Shown in pieces: positions 15,818 to 24,750 of a DNA stretch of 32,000 bases. The translations under genes were made by a program, and so were the position numbers. Source of the stretch: Prochlorococcus phage MED4-184; sequence record JF974286.1; one strand, given 5' to 3'. Every line of letters begins with the position of its first letter. Positions within the stretch are counted from its first letter, which is position 1. The notes beneath the pieces were generated by a model. The model searched no databases. It worked only from the letters and a program-made list of their open reading frames with translations, and had not been told where the DNA came from.

Positions 15818-16431
15818 CCACAACACCAGACTTACCGATATTCGCACCAGAGGATATCAAACAATCAAGAATAATAGATTTAACCCTCTATAAAAATAAT
15901 CCTAGAGTACATAGTGATGTTCAAATAGAAAGATTAGCAATCTCTCTTACAGAATTTGGCTTTACCAATCCTGTGTTAATTGATGACATGGGTAATGTTG
16001 TTTGCGGTCATGGTCGTATTGCAGCTGCAAAAAAAATAGGATTAGAGACAGTTCCTACTATTACACTTTCCCATTTAACACCAGATCAGCGTAAAGCTTA
16101 CATAATTGCAGATAATCAGCTGGCTTTAAACTCTAGTTGGGACGATGACATATTGAAACATGAACTAGAAGCATTAATGGAAAATGGATTTGATTTATCT
16201 GTTTTAGGCTGGGGCGATGATGTGCCTACCTTTGCTGATGATCCAGATTATGGATCTCTAGAAGATTTTGACGACCCTACCAGCGAACTGGCTAATGATG
16301 TAATGAAAGCGATACAAATAGAATTTAGACCAGAAGATTATGAAGAGGCAAAAGAAGTAGTAGCAGAAGCAAGAAAAAAAGGTATCTATATAGGCCAAGA
16401 ACTAGTAAACGCGCTTAAAACATTAAGCTAA
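15814..16431 (+). CDS. ParB-like nuclease-domain protein
   Basis: 'NNPRVHSDVQIERLAISLTEFGFTNPVLIDDMGNVVCGHGRIAAAKKIGLETVPTITLSHLTPDQRKAYIIADNQLALNSSWD' is a classic ParB N-terminal domain pattern. Confidence 0.85.
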   Translation: MTTTPDLPIFAPEDIKQSRIIDLTLYKNNPRVHSDVQIERLAISLTEFGFTNPVLIDDMGNVVCGHGRIAAAKKIGLETVPTITLSHLTPDQRKAYIIADNQLALNSSWDDDILKHELEALMENGFDLSVLGWGDDVPTFADDPDYGSLEDFDDPTSELANDVMKAIQIEFRPEDYEEAKEVVAEARKKGIYIGQELVNALKTLS

Positions 16432-17132
16432 TGAAGTTAACCAAAACTTCTTTAAACGGAGTTCAGTTCTTCTACAGAGAAGGCTACTCCGATATTAAGA
16501 CTTTCATAGAGGTTTTATCCAATCAATCCTACCTAAAGAAAGGTATGGAAGTTCTTAACAATGAAAGCTGGCTAGATTGTGGCGGTAATGTTGGTGCTTT
16601 CTCCTTATTAGCAGCTTCTAAAGGTGCATCTATAATTACTTATGAGCCTGACCCTTTTAATTGTGAATTAATTGAAAAAAATGCAAAACTTAATGGCTTT
16701 CAAAATGCCATAACAGTTAAACAAGCCGCCTTAGTGCATGATTTTAGAAAAGATACAACCCTATCTATAGCCCAAAATGGTAATGTATGGCGCAATACCA
16801 TAATGAAAAAAAAGAGTAATAAAGCTATTAAAGTACCTTGTCTAAATTTTGATGAGCAAGCTGTACTAGCTGATAACTGCAAGATGGATATAGAAGGGGC
16901 TGAGATACCAATACTTACCCATACAAAAAGCGATTTTAATAAACTGGTCTATGAATGGAGCTTCGATATTGACCCAATGCTGCCAAAGATATGGAAGGTT
17001 ATAGAAAAGCAAAAGCTAAAGTATAAAGTTGAAGCGCCGTATAAAACAATTCACTATGAGGAGAGAGATATAAATATGTGGGGTGAAAGCTGGTTTCCGC
17101 CATGCATTATGGTTTATTGTTTTAGGAGATGA
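16431..17132 (+). CDS. FkbM-family SAM-dependent methyltransferase
   Basis: 'WLDCGGNVGAFSLLAASKGASIITYEPDPFNCELIEKNAKLN' and 'CKMDIEGAEIPIL' match the FkbM layout. Confidence 0.75.
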   Translation: MKLTKTSLNGVQFFYREGYSDIKTFIEVLSNQSYLKKGMEVLNNESWLDCGGNVGAFSLLAASKGASIITYEPDPFNCELIEKNAKLNGFQNAITVKQAALVHDFRKDTTLSIAQNGNVWRNTIMKKKSNKAIKVPCLNFDEQAVLADNCKMDIEGAEIPILTHTKSDFNKLVYEWSFDIDPMLPKIWKVIEKQKLKYKVEAPYKTIHYEERDINMWGESWFPPCIMVYCFRR

Positions 17133-17914
17133 AACTACCTGAATTAATCCTGAAGCCTGTAACTTCTCCTTTGAAGATTGGAGATAGTGTAGGCGGTTTT
17201 GAGCCTAATATTTTTGAAGATTGCATTCTAATAGACCCTGATGGTACTCCTGTGGGTTTGTTTATAAAAACTTTGCCAGACGAGTTACAGAACCTTGTGA
17301 ATATAGCTGACAGAGAAATACATACGAAGCGCGTACCTAAATCAGAAATGAAAAGGTCTAGTGGGTTACACAATAAAAAAGCTGAAGTATTGCAATATTC
17401 AACTATCTTAGGTTCATGTCCACCTAAACCACACATGAGAAGGCCATACGCTTCTAGATCATCTGTACATTCAGTTAAGTCTGCCAATACTTTTGTTAAA
17501 GCTATGTATGCAGCAGGTATTAAATCTTTTGAAATAGTAAAAAAATATATTCCAACAGTCGCTGAAAATCATTTATTTAAAATAAAGCAAAGAATACCTG
17601 ATAACTGGCGTTTCGCTAATAATTTCAGTTCTACTATCTCTAATTGCAACATATCCGCACCAGTTCACCAAGACCACGCCAATGTAAAAGGTGCTATAAA
17701 TATGATTATTACCAAAAGGCGTAACAGTAAGGGAGGTAACTTACACGTTCCTGATTACAATGCCACGTTTGACCAAACCGATAATTCATTATTGGTATAT
17801 CCAGCTTGGCGTAATAGGCATGGAGTTACACCGATTATCCCAACACATCAGGCAGGGTATCGAAACTCTCACGTTTGGTACGCGCTTGATTCCTTTCACA
17901 ATCTAGAAAAATAG
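17129..17914 (+). CDS. Candidate Fe(II)/2-oxoglutarate-dependent oxygenase (TET/JBP-like)
   Basis: 'APVHQDHANVKGAINMIITKRRNSKGGNLHVPDYNATFDQTDNSLLVYPAWRNRHGVTPI...GYRNSHVWYAL' shows an HxD...H...R arrangement within a plausible double-stranded beta-helix. Confidence 0.6.
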   Translation: MKLPELILKPVTSPLKIGDSVGGFEPNIFEDCILIDPDGTPVGLFIKTLPDELQNLVNIADREIHTKRVPKSEMKRSSGLHNKKAEVLQYSTILGSCPPKPHMRRPYASRSSVHSVKSANTFVKAMYAAGIKSFEIVKKYIPTVAENHLFKIKQRIPDNWRFANNFSSTISNCNISAPVHQDHANVKGAINMIITKRRNSKGGNLHVPDYNATFDQTDNSLLVYPAWRNRHGVTPIIPTHQAGYRNSHVWYALDSFHNLEK

Positions 17915-18237
17915 TGAAAAAAAAGAAGGCTACACAATCAGAAAAAGATTATAGAACTTTTAAAATTGCTGCATTTCTTGCACGTGGTGTAACGCGCTCA
18001 GAAATCATAAAATATACCGCGGCTGAGTGGGGACTGAAGCTAAGACAAACAGAGCAGTATATCCAAGACGCCCGTATCATTCTCAAGAAAGATTTTGACA
18101 TTGACAGAAGGCAATTTACCGCGGACATTTTAAGCCAGCTTTCTACCCTACAAAAAGAGGCCAGAAACAGCAATCAATTAAACGTAGCTTTAGGCTGTAT
18201 TAACTCAATGGCTAAGATTGCACAGATCACAACATGA
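17914..18237 (+). CDS. terS: Terminase small subunit (candidate)
   Basis: 107 aa, HTH-like N-terminus, directly upstream of terL with coupled start. Confidence 0.65.
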   Translation: MKKKKATQSEKDYRTFKIAAFLARGVTRSEIIKYTAAEWGLKLRQTEQYIQDARIILKKDFDIDRRQFTADILSQLSTLQKEARNSNQLNVALGCINSMAKIAQITT

Positions 18238-19577
18238 GCATCTTAACCAGAGAAGGATCAGTATTAGATATTGCAGGCACTAGCGGAGTTTCGATTGATA
18301 TTAAACAATTATTAGCAAATATTAGAAATGATCTTCACGAACCACAAAGAGAGTTTTTTGATAACAGTAGTACTGAGATACTAGGCTTATCAGCTGGTTA
18401 TGGTGCAGGGAAAACTAGAGCGCTTTGTGCAGTATGTGTAAAACTAGCGGCACTTAACGTAGGATTTACAGGCGCAGTAATGGAGCCTACTGGTTCATTG
18501 ATTCGAGACATCTGGCAAAATGATTTCGAGCAGTTTTTGGAACATTATGAAATACCTTATTCATACAGGGCTAGTCCATTACCAGAGTACATATTGCATC
18601 TACCAGACGGAGATACAAAGATACTATGTAGAAGTTTTGAAAACTGGTCTAGGATAATCGGTCTAAATTTGGCTTTCGTATTGGCAGACGAAATAGATAC
18701 AGTTGCACCATCTGTTTGTGATAGGGCATTTCCAAAGATTCTAGGTAGATTAAGGTCTGGTAATGTCAGGCAGTTTTGCGCAGCAAGTACACCAGAGGGT
18801 TTTAGATGGATGTGGAATACCTTTGGATCAGAGGCAGCACAGGAGAGATCAGACCGAAAGCTTATAAGAATGAGAACACAAGATAACCCACACTTACCAG
18901 AGGATTTTATAGAAAGAATGCAAGCAAACTACGACCCTAGTATGTTGCAGGCTTACCTCAACGGAGAGTTTACTAACCTAACAACTGGACAGGTATATGA
19001 CAGATTCGTAAGAGAAGATAATATTGTCGATACTATTCCAAGTATTCAAATGGAGCCATTAAGAATAGGTGTAGACTTCAATATTGGAAATATGAGCGCG
19101 GTTATAGGGATTAAATTAGGAGAAAAATTGTTAATAATTGATGAGATTGTGGCAGCACATGATACAGACGCACTTGCTCAAGAAATACAGCGTAGGTATC
19201 CTTCTAATAAGATTTACGTCTACCCTGATGCTTCAGGCGGCAATCGTAGTACTAATGCAGCAAAAACAGACATACAGATTCTTGAATCCTATGGTTTCAC
19301 TAATCTCTCGGCCAAAAGCAATCCAGCAATCAGAGATAGAGTCTCTGCCGTACAGGGTTTGTTATGCAACGGAAAAGGGCAAGTACGTCTACAGATCAAT
19401 GCCAGTTGCAGACGTATGATTGAATGTTTAGAGTTACAGAGTTATACAGATAAAGGAGAACCAGATAAGGACGCTGGCTACGACCACATGAATGATGCTC
19501 TAGGGTATTTGGTTTGGAGAGAGTTCAATCCATTATTTGCACGTGCGGGCAAACCTACAGGCATTAGAATATATTAA
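18234..19577 (+). CDS. terL: Terminase large subunit
   Basis: Walker A-like 'GLSAGYGAGKTR', Walker B-like 'LAFVLADEID', 'FCAASTPEGFRW', nuclease-domain 'RIGVDFNIGNMSAVIG' and 'DHMNDALGYLVW'. Confidence 0.92.
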   Translation: MSILTREGSVLDIAGTSGVSIDIKQLLANIRNDLHEPQREFFDNSSTEILGLSAGYGAGKTRALCAVCVKLAALNVGFTGAVMEPTGSLIRDIWQNDFEQFLEHYEIPYSYRASPLPEYILHLPDGDTKILCRSFENWSRIIGLNLAFVLADEIDTVAPSVCDRAFPKILGRLRSGNVRQFCAASTPEGFRWMWNTFGSEAAQERSDRKLIRMRTQDNPHLPEDFIERMQANYDPSMLQAYLNGEFTNLTTGQVYDRFVREDNIVDTIPSIQMEPLRIGVDFNIGNMSAVIGIKLGEKLLIIDEIVAAHDTDALAQEIQRRYPSNKIYVYPDASGGNRSTNAAKTDIQILESYGFTNLSAKSNPAIRDRVSAVQGLLCNGKGQVRLQINASCRRMIECLELQSYTDKGEPDKDAGYDHMNDALGYLVWREFNPLFARAGKPTGIRIY

Positions 19578-19603
19578 GAACATGGTACTATTGAGGCAAA
19601 ACT

Positions 19604-21037
19604 GTGTATAGCTCACTAAATATTTACAATCAGCCCATAACACAAGCTGCTACAACAGTCGCCAGCCCTAATGCAGCCTATCAAAGAATGGCTCAATTTT
19701 GGGACTTGATTACAGACCTTAAAGAAGGTACATATAAGATCAGAAGTGAACACAGGAAATATTTACCACAGGAAGCTAGAGAGACTGACGATAGTTATGA
19801 CGTTAGACTGAGCAGATCAACAGTAGTACCATATTTGCAGCGTATAGAGAAAATGCTTTCAGGTATGCTGGTTAGAAAGCCTGTAAGACTAGATGATGTA
19901 TCAGACCTAGTAAGAGAGCAACTATTCGATGTAGATTTAGAGGGTAACGATCTTAATGTATGGCTATACCAGACTGCAAGGCAAGCTATTAGCTTTGGTC
20001 ATGTAGGTGTTTTAGTAGATGCACCTAAAGAAGGGGATAAGACTAGGCCATATTGGGTTACTTATACACCAAAGGATATATTGGGCTGGCGGTCTGAGAT
20101 TGTAGAAGGTTCTAGGCAGTTGACTCAGCTAAGACTAATGGAGCAAGTAGTAGAGCCTGACGGAAAGTACGGAGATAAGATTATTAAGCAGATTAGAGTA
20201 TTAGAAAGAGGTAGATACGAAATTCACAGGAAAGACGATAAGAAAAATGAATACAGATTGTTTGATGAAGGTGAAATGAGTCTAAAGGATAAGATTCCCT
20301 TTGCTATTGCATATTCTAACCGAGTTGGTTATTACGAAAGCCGCAGCCCACTATATGACATTGCAGAACTAAACCTTAAGCACTATCAAATACAATCTGA
20401 CCTAGATAATATTCTACACATCAGTTCTGTGCCATTACTTGCTGTCTTTGGTTATCCCAATGCTGATGAGATAACTACTGGACCCAGTGAGGCACTATCT
20501 TTACCACCAGAGTCAAGAATGGAATATATTAGCCCATCTGGAGACAGTTATGATAGCCAGTTTCAAAGACTTGCAGATATTAAAGACCAAATAAACACAC
20601 TATCACTAGCAGCTGTACTAGGTCAGAAGTTAGTAGGAGAATCAGCAGAGGCCAAGCAAATTGATAGATCACAGAATGACTCCACTATGATGGTAATAGC
20701 GCAGCAGATGCAAGACTTAATAGATAACTGCTTAAGATTTCACAGCGAATATTTGAATGAAGCCAATGCGGGTAGCTCCTTTGTTAATAGAGACTTTGTT
20801 TCTGCAAGATTACAGCCACAGGAAATAACCAGCCTACTAACTTTGTTTACTGCTGGAACTATTACACAAGAAACTCTATTGAACCAATTATCTGCTGGGG
20901 AGGTCTTAGGAGATGACTTTGACGTAGAGGAAGAGATTGAAGGCACACAAAGCGGTGGCTTAACAGAGTCAGAACCACCTGAAGAGCCTGATCCAGAGCC
21001 TGAAGATGAAGAAGAGGAGGCACCAGAGGAAGAATGA
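19604..21037 (+). CDS. Portal protein (DUF4055-like)
   Basis: 477 aa, GTG start; 'VVPYLQRIEKMLSGMLVRKPV', 'ARQAISFGHVGVLVDAP'; acidic C-terminus; follows terL. Confidence 0.85.
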   Translation: MYSSLNIYNQPITQAATTVASPNAAYQRMAQFWDLITDLKEGTYKIRSEHRKYLPQEARETDDSYDVRLSRSTVVPYLQRIEKMLSGMLVRKPVRLDDVSDLVREQLFDVDLEGNDLNVWLYQTARQAISFGHVGVLVDAPKEGDKTRPYWVTYTPKDILGWRSEIVEGSRQLTQLRLMEQVVEPDGKYGDKIIKQIRVLERGRYEIHRKDDKKNEYRLFDEGEMSLKDKIPFAIAYSNRVGYYESRSPLYDIAELNLKHYQIQSDLDNILHISSVPLLAVFGYPNADEITTGPSEALSLPPESRMEYISPSGDSYDSQFQRLADIKDQINTLSLAAVLGQKLVGESAEAKQIDRSQNDSTMMVIAQQMQDLIDNCLRFHSEYLNEANAGSSFVNRDFVSARLQPQEITSLLTLFTAGTITQETLLNQLSAGEVLGDDFDVEEEIEGTQSGGLTESEPPEEPDPEPEDEEEEAPEEE

Positions 21038-21040
21038 TAA

Positions 21041-23326
21041 ATGAGCATTCCAGAGGTATTTTTTAGGGAGACTATTGACCTAAATAGATATAGCAATGCA
21101 GTAGCTAATAAATTTGTAGAAAACTATATTCAAATTATTTATACAACTACTCAGAAGCTAGTTGAACTAGACAAAAGACAGAGAAAAGCAGGGGTAGATA
21201 TAGCAGTTGCACCGCAAACAAGAAAAAGATTAAGAGCAATACTTGCACAATCAAAAGCAAGTATGGACAGATGGAATAAAGACGCAACAAAGCAAATGAT
21301 AAAAGAAATGGAAGGATTAGCAAAGATACAGACAGGTTTTATAGAGGGTGAACTACAAAAAGCAGTAAAGTCTGGCGGTATCCCAATAAACTCAGTTGCA
21401 GTTAACCAAAGGTATGCAACTTCCTTTGTTAAAACAGATCCTACAAAAGTAAATATATTTACCAGCAAGCAATTTACTGAAGATGATTTTATTAAGTTTG
21501 GGTCGGGTAAGTTTGAGCTAACAGCAAGGCAGGGTGCAATGATGACTTTGCCTAATGGCGAGACAGTTCAAAAAGCTTTTAGAGGTATAGCTATAAGGAA
21601 TCAGGCATTACTAGACAGAACTATTACAGCTGGTGTCTTTAGTGGAGAATCAGTTAACAAGATTGCTAAGAGTTTGGCAGGTACATTAGAGTTTGATAAG
21701 GTAGCCACTACAAGACAAAAAATTGCAGCGGGTGGGCAGGCAATAAAATTAGCAAGCCATCAAATCAAAACAGTTGTTAGAACCTCTGTTAATCAGGTAC
21801 AGAATCAGGCTTCTCAATCTGTTTATGCGGCAAATAGCAAGGTAGCACCAAGATATGAATATGTAGCAACGCTAGATAGCAAGACTAGCAATATCTGTAA
21901 AAGGCTTGATGGTAGGAAGTTTCAGTACAATAAGGGACCGACTCCACCACAGCATTTCAACTGTAGATCTACCACAGTTCCTGTTGTTGACTATGAAGGA
22001 TTAAGTAAGCGTCAAGGGTTTGAAAATTTAACAGAACCACCAGTAGGAAAGGTAGTTAGCAGACCTAGTGCTACTGGAAGAGTCCCACAAGGCACACAAT
22101 ATGGTGATTGGTTATTGCAACAAGATAAAAAACTACAAGTAAAGACTTTAGGCACAGCAAAAAAAGTGGATTTTTTTAAGAAATTAGCAAAAAAAGAAGG
22201 CTCTGGACACGCGGCAATAAGAAAAATGATAAGGAATGATGGTACAGAGCTACCACTTGATAAGTTAGAAAAAATATATGCCAAGCCTAGTGTGGCTAAA
22301 AAGGTAGCAGCAACAGTAGCTAAAGCGCCTAAGATCAAGACATCACCGACTATGTTTACTGAGGGTGTTGATACATGGCTCACTAAAAACAGATTTGGAA
22401 ATATTCAGGAGTTTACAGAGGATAGCTTAGACGGAATGGAGACTCTAGGCGGCTTAACTGAAAAACATATTAAGAAGATGAGAGCATTTATGAAAAAAGG
22501 CAATATTGTAAATCAATTCAATATGAAATATGAAAAAACTGCAGATATTACAAAGTTGAGGCAAAGATTCTTGACAGGTAAAAATTTAGAGGCTTTCGCA
22601 AAGTCAAATGAAACTGTTATAAAAAGATTTGAAGCTATTGATAAGATTCCTAATGACGATTTGATCGCAGAGGTAAAAGAATGGAAAAAAAGATGGAATG
22701 GTGTTGGCACATTAAGAGTAGGGTCACGCAAAGATTTATTTGCAAGAAATATAAGATTATTGGAACAAGATGGAATGCTAGATGTTAGCTTTCAGAAAAA
22801 GGTAGTTAACAACTTATTCGGTAATGCCACTGGTAGTACAAATGGCTACACCATTATGAGTTCTGGAATGGTACACACAAGATTAAGAGATGGTGCAAGA
22901 AAAATTAGTGCAGCGTCTGCTAAAAGAATCAAAAAAAGTGCTGCAAATACTTTAGAAACTAATTTTAAGTTCAGCAAGTTTAAAGGCAATAGGTACGAAA
23001 GATATAGACAGGGACTTAAGGAAGGTATTGAGGAAGTATGGTCTAATTCTGATCCAATGGACGCAAGTATAGATTGGTTCTCTACTTTTGTTCATGAGAT
23101 GGGACACCAAGTACATTTCCAAGCAGGTATGCCTAAGCTAGGTAGGCGCTTTTTAAGTTTAAAAGGCATGACCTATCCGACTCAATACAGTCGTAAAGAT
23201 GTAGCAGAGCAATTTGCAGAATCTTTCACACAGTATATTTTTAATCCAGAAGGGTTGCAAAAGAATGCACCACGTTTGTATAAATGGGTAGATGAAACCT
23301 TTGAGGAGGCCATGAAAAACTTATGA
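21041..23326 (+). CDS. MuF/SPP1 gp7-like minor head protein with C-terminal zincin-like domain
   Basis: 'RTSVNQVQNQASQSVYAANSKVAPRYEYVATLDSKTSNICKRLDGRKF...PPQHFNCRSTTVPV' is a MuF signature; C-terminal 'DWFSTFVHEMGHQVHFQAG' carries HExxH. Confidence 0.8.
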   Translation: MSIPEVFFRETIDLNRYSNAVANKFVENYIQIIYTTTQKLVELDKRQRKAGVDIAVAPQTRKRLRAILAQSKASMDRWNKDATKQMIKEMEGLAKIQTGFIEGELQKAVKSGGIPINSVAVNQRYATSFVKTDPTKVNIFTSKQFTEDDFIKFGSGKFELTARQGAMMTLPNGETVQKAFRGIAIRNQALLDRTITAGVFSGESVNKIAKSLAGTLEFDKVATTRQKIAAGGQAIKLASHQIKTVVRTSVNQVQNQASQSVYAANSKVAPRYEYVATLDSKTSNICKRLDGRKFQYNKGPTPPQHFNCRSTTVPVVDYEGLSKRQGFENLTEPPVGKVVSRPSATGRVPQGTQYGDWLLQQDKKLQVKTLGTAKKVDFFKKLAKKEGSGHAAIRKMIRNDGTELPLDKLEKIYAKPSVAKKVAATVAKAPKIKTSPTMFTEGVDTWLTKNRFGNIQEFTEDSLDGMETLGGLTEKHIKKMRAFMKKGNIVNQFNMKYEKTADITKLRQRFLTGKNLEAFAKSNETVIKRFEAIDKIPNDDLIAEVKEWKKRWNGVGTLRVGSRKDLFARNIRLLEQDGMLDVSFQKKVVNNLFGNATGSTNGYTIMSSGMVHTRLRDGARKISAASAKRIKKSAANTLETNFKFSKFKGNRYERYRQGLKEGIEEVWSNSDPMDASIDWFSTFVHEMGHQVHFQAGMPKLGRRFLSLKGMTYPTQYSRKDVAEQFAESFTQYIFNPEGLQKNAPRLYKWVDETFEEAMKNL

Positions 23327-23514
23327 CACCATTTGAAGCGCTTGAACTATCAAGAAAATTTCCTAAAAACAGATCAGTAGTAAAACGTATTTACGATGCA
23401 CTGCAAAAAACTAGAGGAGCTAATAGAAAAAAGTTTGAACAAATAGTTGAAGGTTTGTATGTAACTGCCATTGATGATGAGGACTTTGACATACTTAACA
23501 AATACTTTGGATAG
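23323..23514 (+). CDS. Hypothetical protein (63 aa)
   Basis: ATGA-coupled to the MuF gene. Confidence 0.6.
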   Translation: MTPFEALELSRKFPKNRSVVKRIYDALQKTRGANRKKFEQIVEGLYVTAIDDEDFDILNKYFG

Positions 23515-23516
23515 CT

Positions 23517-23648
23517 ATGCCATTAAGAAAAGGTAAATCACAAAAAATTATCTCGGCTAACATTCGTAAGCTTATGAGAGAAGGTAAAACACTTAAGCAG
23601 GCTCAAGCCATTGCATTAACAACTGCTAAAAAACGTAAAAGGAAGTAA
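23517..23648 (+). CDS. Tiny basic protein (43 aa), not in ORF track
   Basis: Manual translation: MPLRKGKSQKIISANIRKLMREGKTLKQAQAIALTTAKKRKRK*. Confidence 0.6.
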   Translation: MPLRKGKSQKIISANIRKLMREGKTLKQAQAIALTTAKKRKRK

Positions 23649-23673
23649 TATAGTTACAGCTACTTTTATTGTT

Positions 23674-23745
23674 ATGCCTTCACACTACGGATCAATGAAA
23701 CCAAAGGGTAAAAAGAAAAAAGTAAAAAAGGGTGGTAAAAAATAA
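23674..23745 (+). CDS. Tiny Lys-rich peptide (23 aa), not in ORF track
   Basis: Manual translation: MPSHYGSMKPKGKKKKVKKGGKK*; its TAA overlaps the next ATG. Confidence 0.4.
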   Translation: MPSHYGSMKPKGKKKKVKKGGKK

Positions 23746-23843
23746 TGGGTTATACATTTAAGGTTCAAACTTATGACGAACCAAAGCCAAAGGCTGAAAA
23801 CTGTGAAGTAAAGCCTAAAACAAAGAAAAAAACTAAAAAGTGA
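23745..23843 (+). CDS. Tiny Lys-rich peptide (32 aa), not in ORF track
   Basis: Manual translation: MGYTFKVQTYDEPKPKAENCEVKPKTKKKTKK*; ATGA-type junction with the next gene. Confidence 0.4.
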   Translation: MGYTFKVQTYDEPKPKAENCEVKPKTKKKTKK

Positions 23844-24052
23844 CAAAAAAGTTTAGACGACGACCAAAAGATAAAAAAACTGGCTTACCGAAAGTTTATC
23901 TTTCTGGCGCTAAAAACAAAGCCGCTAAAGCTGCTGAGATAAAAAAAACAGCAGCAGCTTATAAGCGTGGTGAAAAAATTGATTTAAAAGCTATTTCCAA
24001 ATTTAGAGTTTCTCAAGATGGCACCAAAAAAAAGAAAAAGCGCAAAAAGTAA
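23840..24052 (+). CDS. Small basic protein (70 aa)
   Basis: MTKKFRRRPKDKKTGLPKVYLSGAKNKAAKAAEIKKTAAAYKRG...KKKKKRKK. Confidence 0.6.
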   Translation: MTKKFRRRPKDKKTGLPKVYLSGAKNKAAKAAEIKKTAAAYKRGEKIDLKAISKFRVSQDGTKKKKKRKK

Positions 24053-24287
24053 ATCTACTAAAGCTGCTACTATTAAAAAAAAGGCAGAGAATAGTATTTA
24101 CACTGTCGGCGACTTAAATAAAGTTTACGCGCGCGGTGTTGCAGCTTATCTAAGTTCTGGCTCAAGAAATGTATCTGTTGGAGCTTGGTCTATGGGTCGT
24201 GTTAGTAGTTTTATAAGCGGAGGCGGTGCAAGAAAAGCAGACATTGACATACACCAGAACAGAAAGAAAAATCCTAAAAAAAGATGA
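24018..24287 (+). CDS. Small basic protein (89 aa), possibly DUF5824-like
   Basis: 'YTVGDLNKVYARGVAAYLSSGSRNVSVGAWSMGRVSSFISGGGARKADIDI'. Confidence 0.6.
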   Translation: MAPKKRKSAKSKSTKAATIKKKAENSIYTVGDLNKVYARGVAAYLSSGSRNVSVGAWSMGRVSSFISGGGARKADIDIHQNRKKNPKKR

Positions 24288-24439
24288 AGCTAACTACCAG
24301 ACAAAAAAATACTTTAGCGAGACATCAAAAGGCGCATGGTCATACTAAAGCGCACATGGATTTTATGAAGCGTAAGATGAGAGAGGGGGTTTCATTCACA
24401 GAGGCTCATAGATTAGCAATGAGAAGGAAGGGCAAATGA
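24284..24439 (+). CDS. Small basic protein (51 aa), not in ORF track
   Basis: Manual translation: MKLTTRQKNTLARHQKAHGHTKAHMDFMKRKMREGVSFTEAHRLAMRRKGK*; ATGA-type overlaps on both sides. Confidence 0.6.
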   Translation: MKLTTRQKNTLARHQKAHGHTKAHMDFMKRKMREGVSFTEAHRLAMRRKGK

Positions 24440-24714
24440 CTATAAAAAAAGGTGGTCATGTCTTTAAAGGTTTAAACCAACCAATAAAAACACCAAACCA
24501 TAAATCAGGTAAAGCTGGTGCAGTAGTTGTAAAAGTTGCTGGTAAAGAAAAGTTAATTAGATTTGGTCTACAAAGTGCAGATAATAAACCACCAAGGAAA
24601 GGAGAATCACAAAAAGATAAAGATAAAAGGGCAGCTTTTAAGGCAAGATTTAGAAGACTTATTAAGAAAGGTCCAGTCAGTGCGGCTTATTGGGCTGACA
24701 AAACACGTTGGTAG
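24436..24714 (+). CDS. Small basic protein (92 aa)
   Basis: MTIKKGGHVFKGLNQPIKTPNHKSGKAGAVVVKVAGKEKLIRFG...; phage head-region small protein pattern. Confidence 0.65.
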   Translation: MTIKKGGHVFKGLNQPIKTPNHKSGKAGAVVVKVAGKEKLIRFGLQSADNKPPRKGESQKDKDKRAAFKARFRRLIKKGPVSAAYWADKTRW

Positions 24715-24750
24715 GTTATCATTTATATTAATTATTGTTAAAATTTATTT

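Noticed and set aside
17122-17487. 121 aa minus ORF antisense to the oxygenase gene
   Set aside because: Ser/Cys-rich shadow ORF; the plus frame has recognisable motifs and coupled junctions.
19138-19419. 93 aa plus ORF inside terL
   Set aside because: Entirely inside the well-supported terL frame.
20740-22731. Minus ORFs antisense to the portal and MuF genes (for example 20740..21096, 22012..22383)
   Set aside because: Low-complexity Ser/Pro-rich shadows of strongly supported structural genes.
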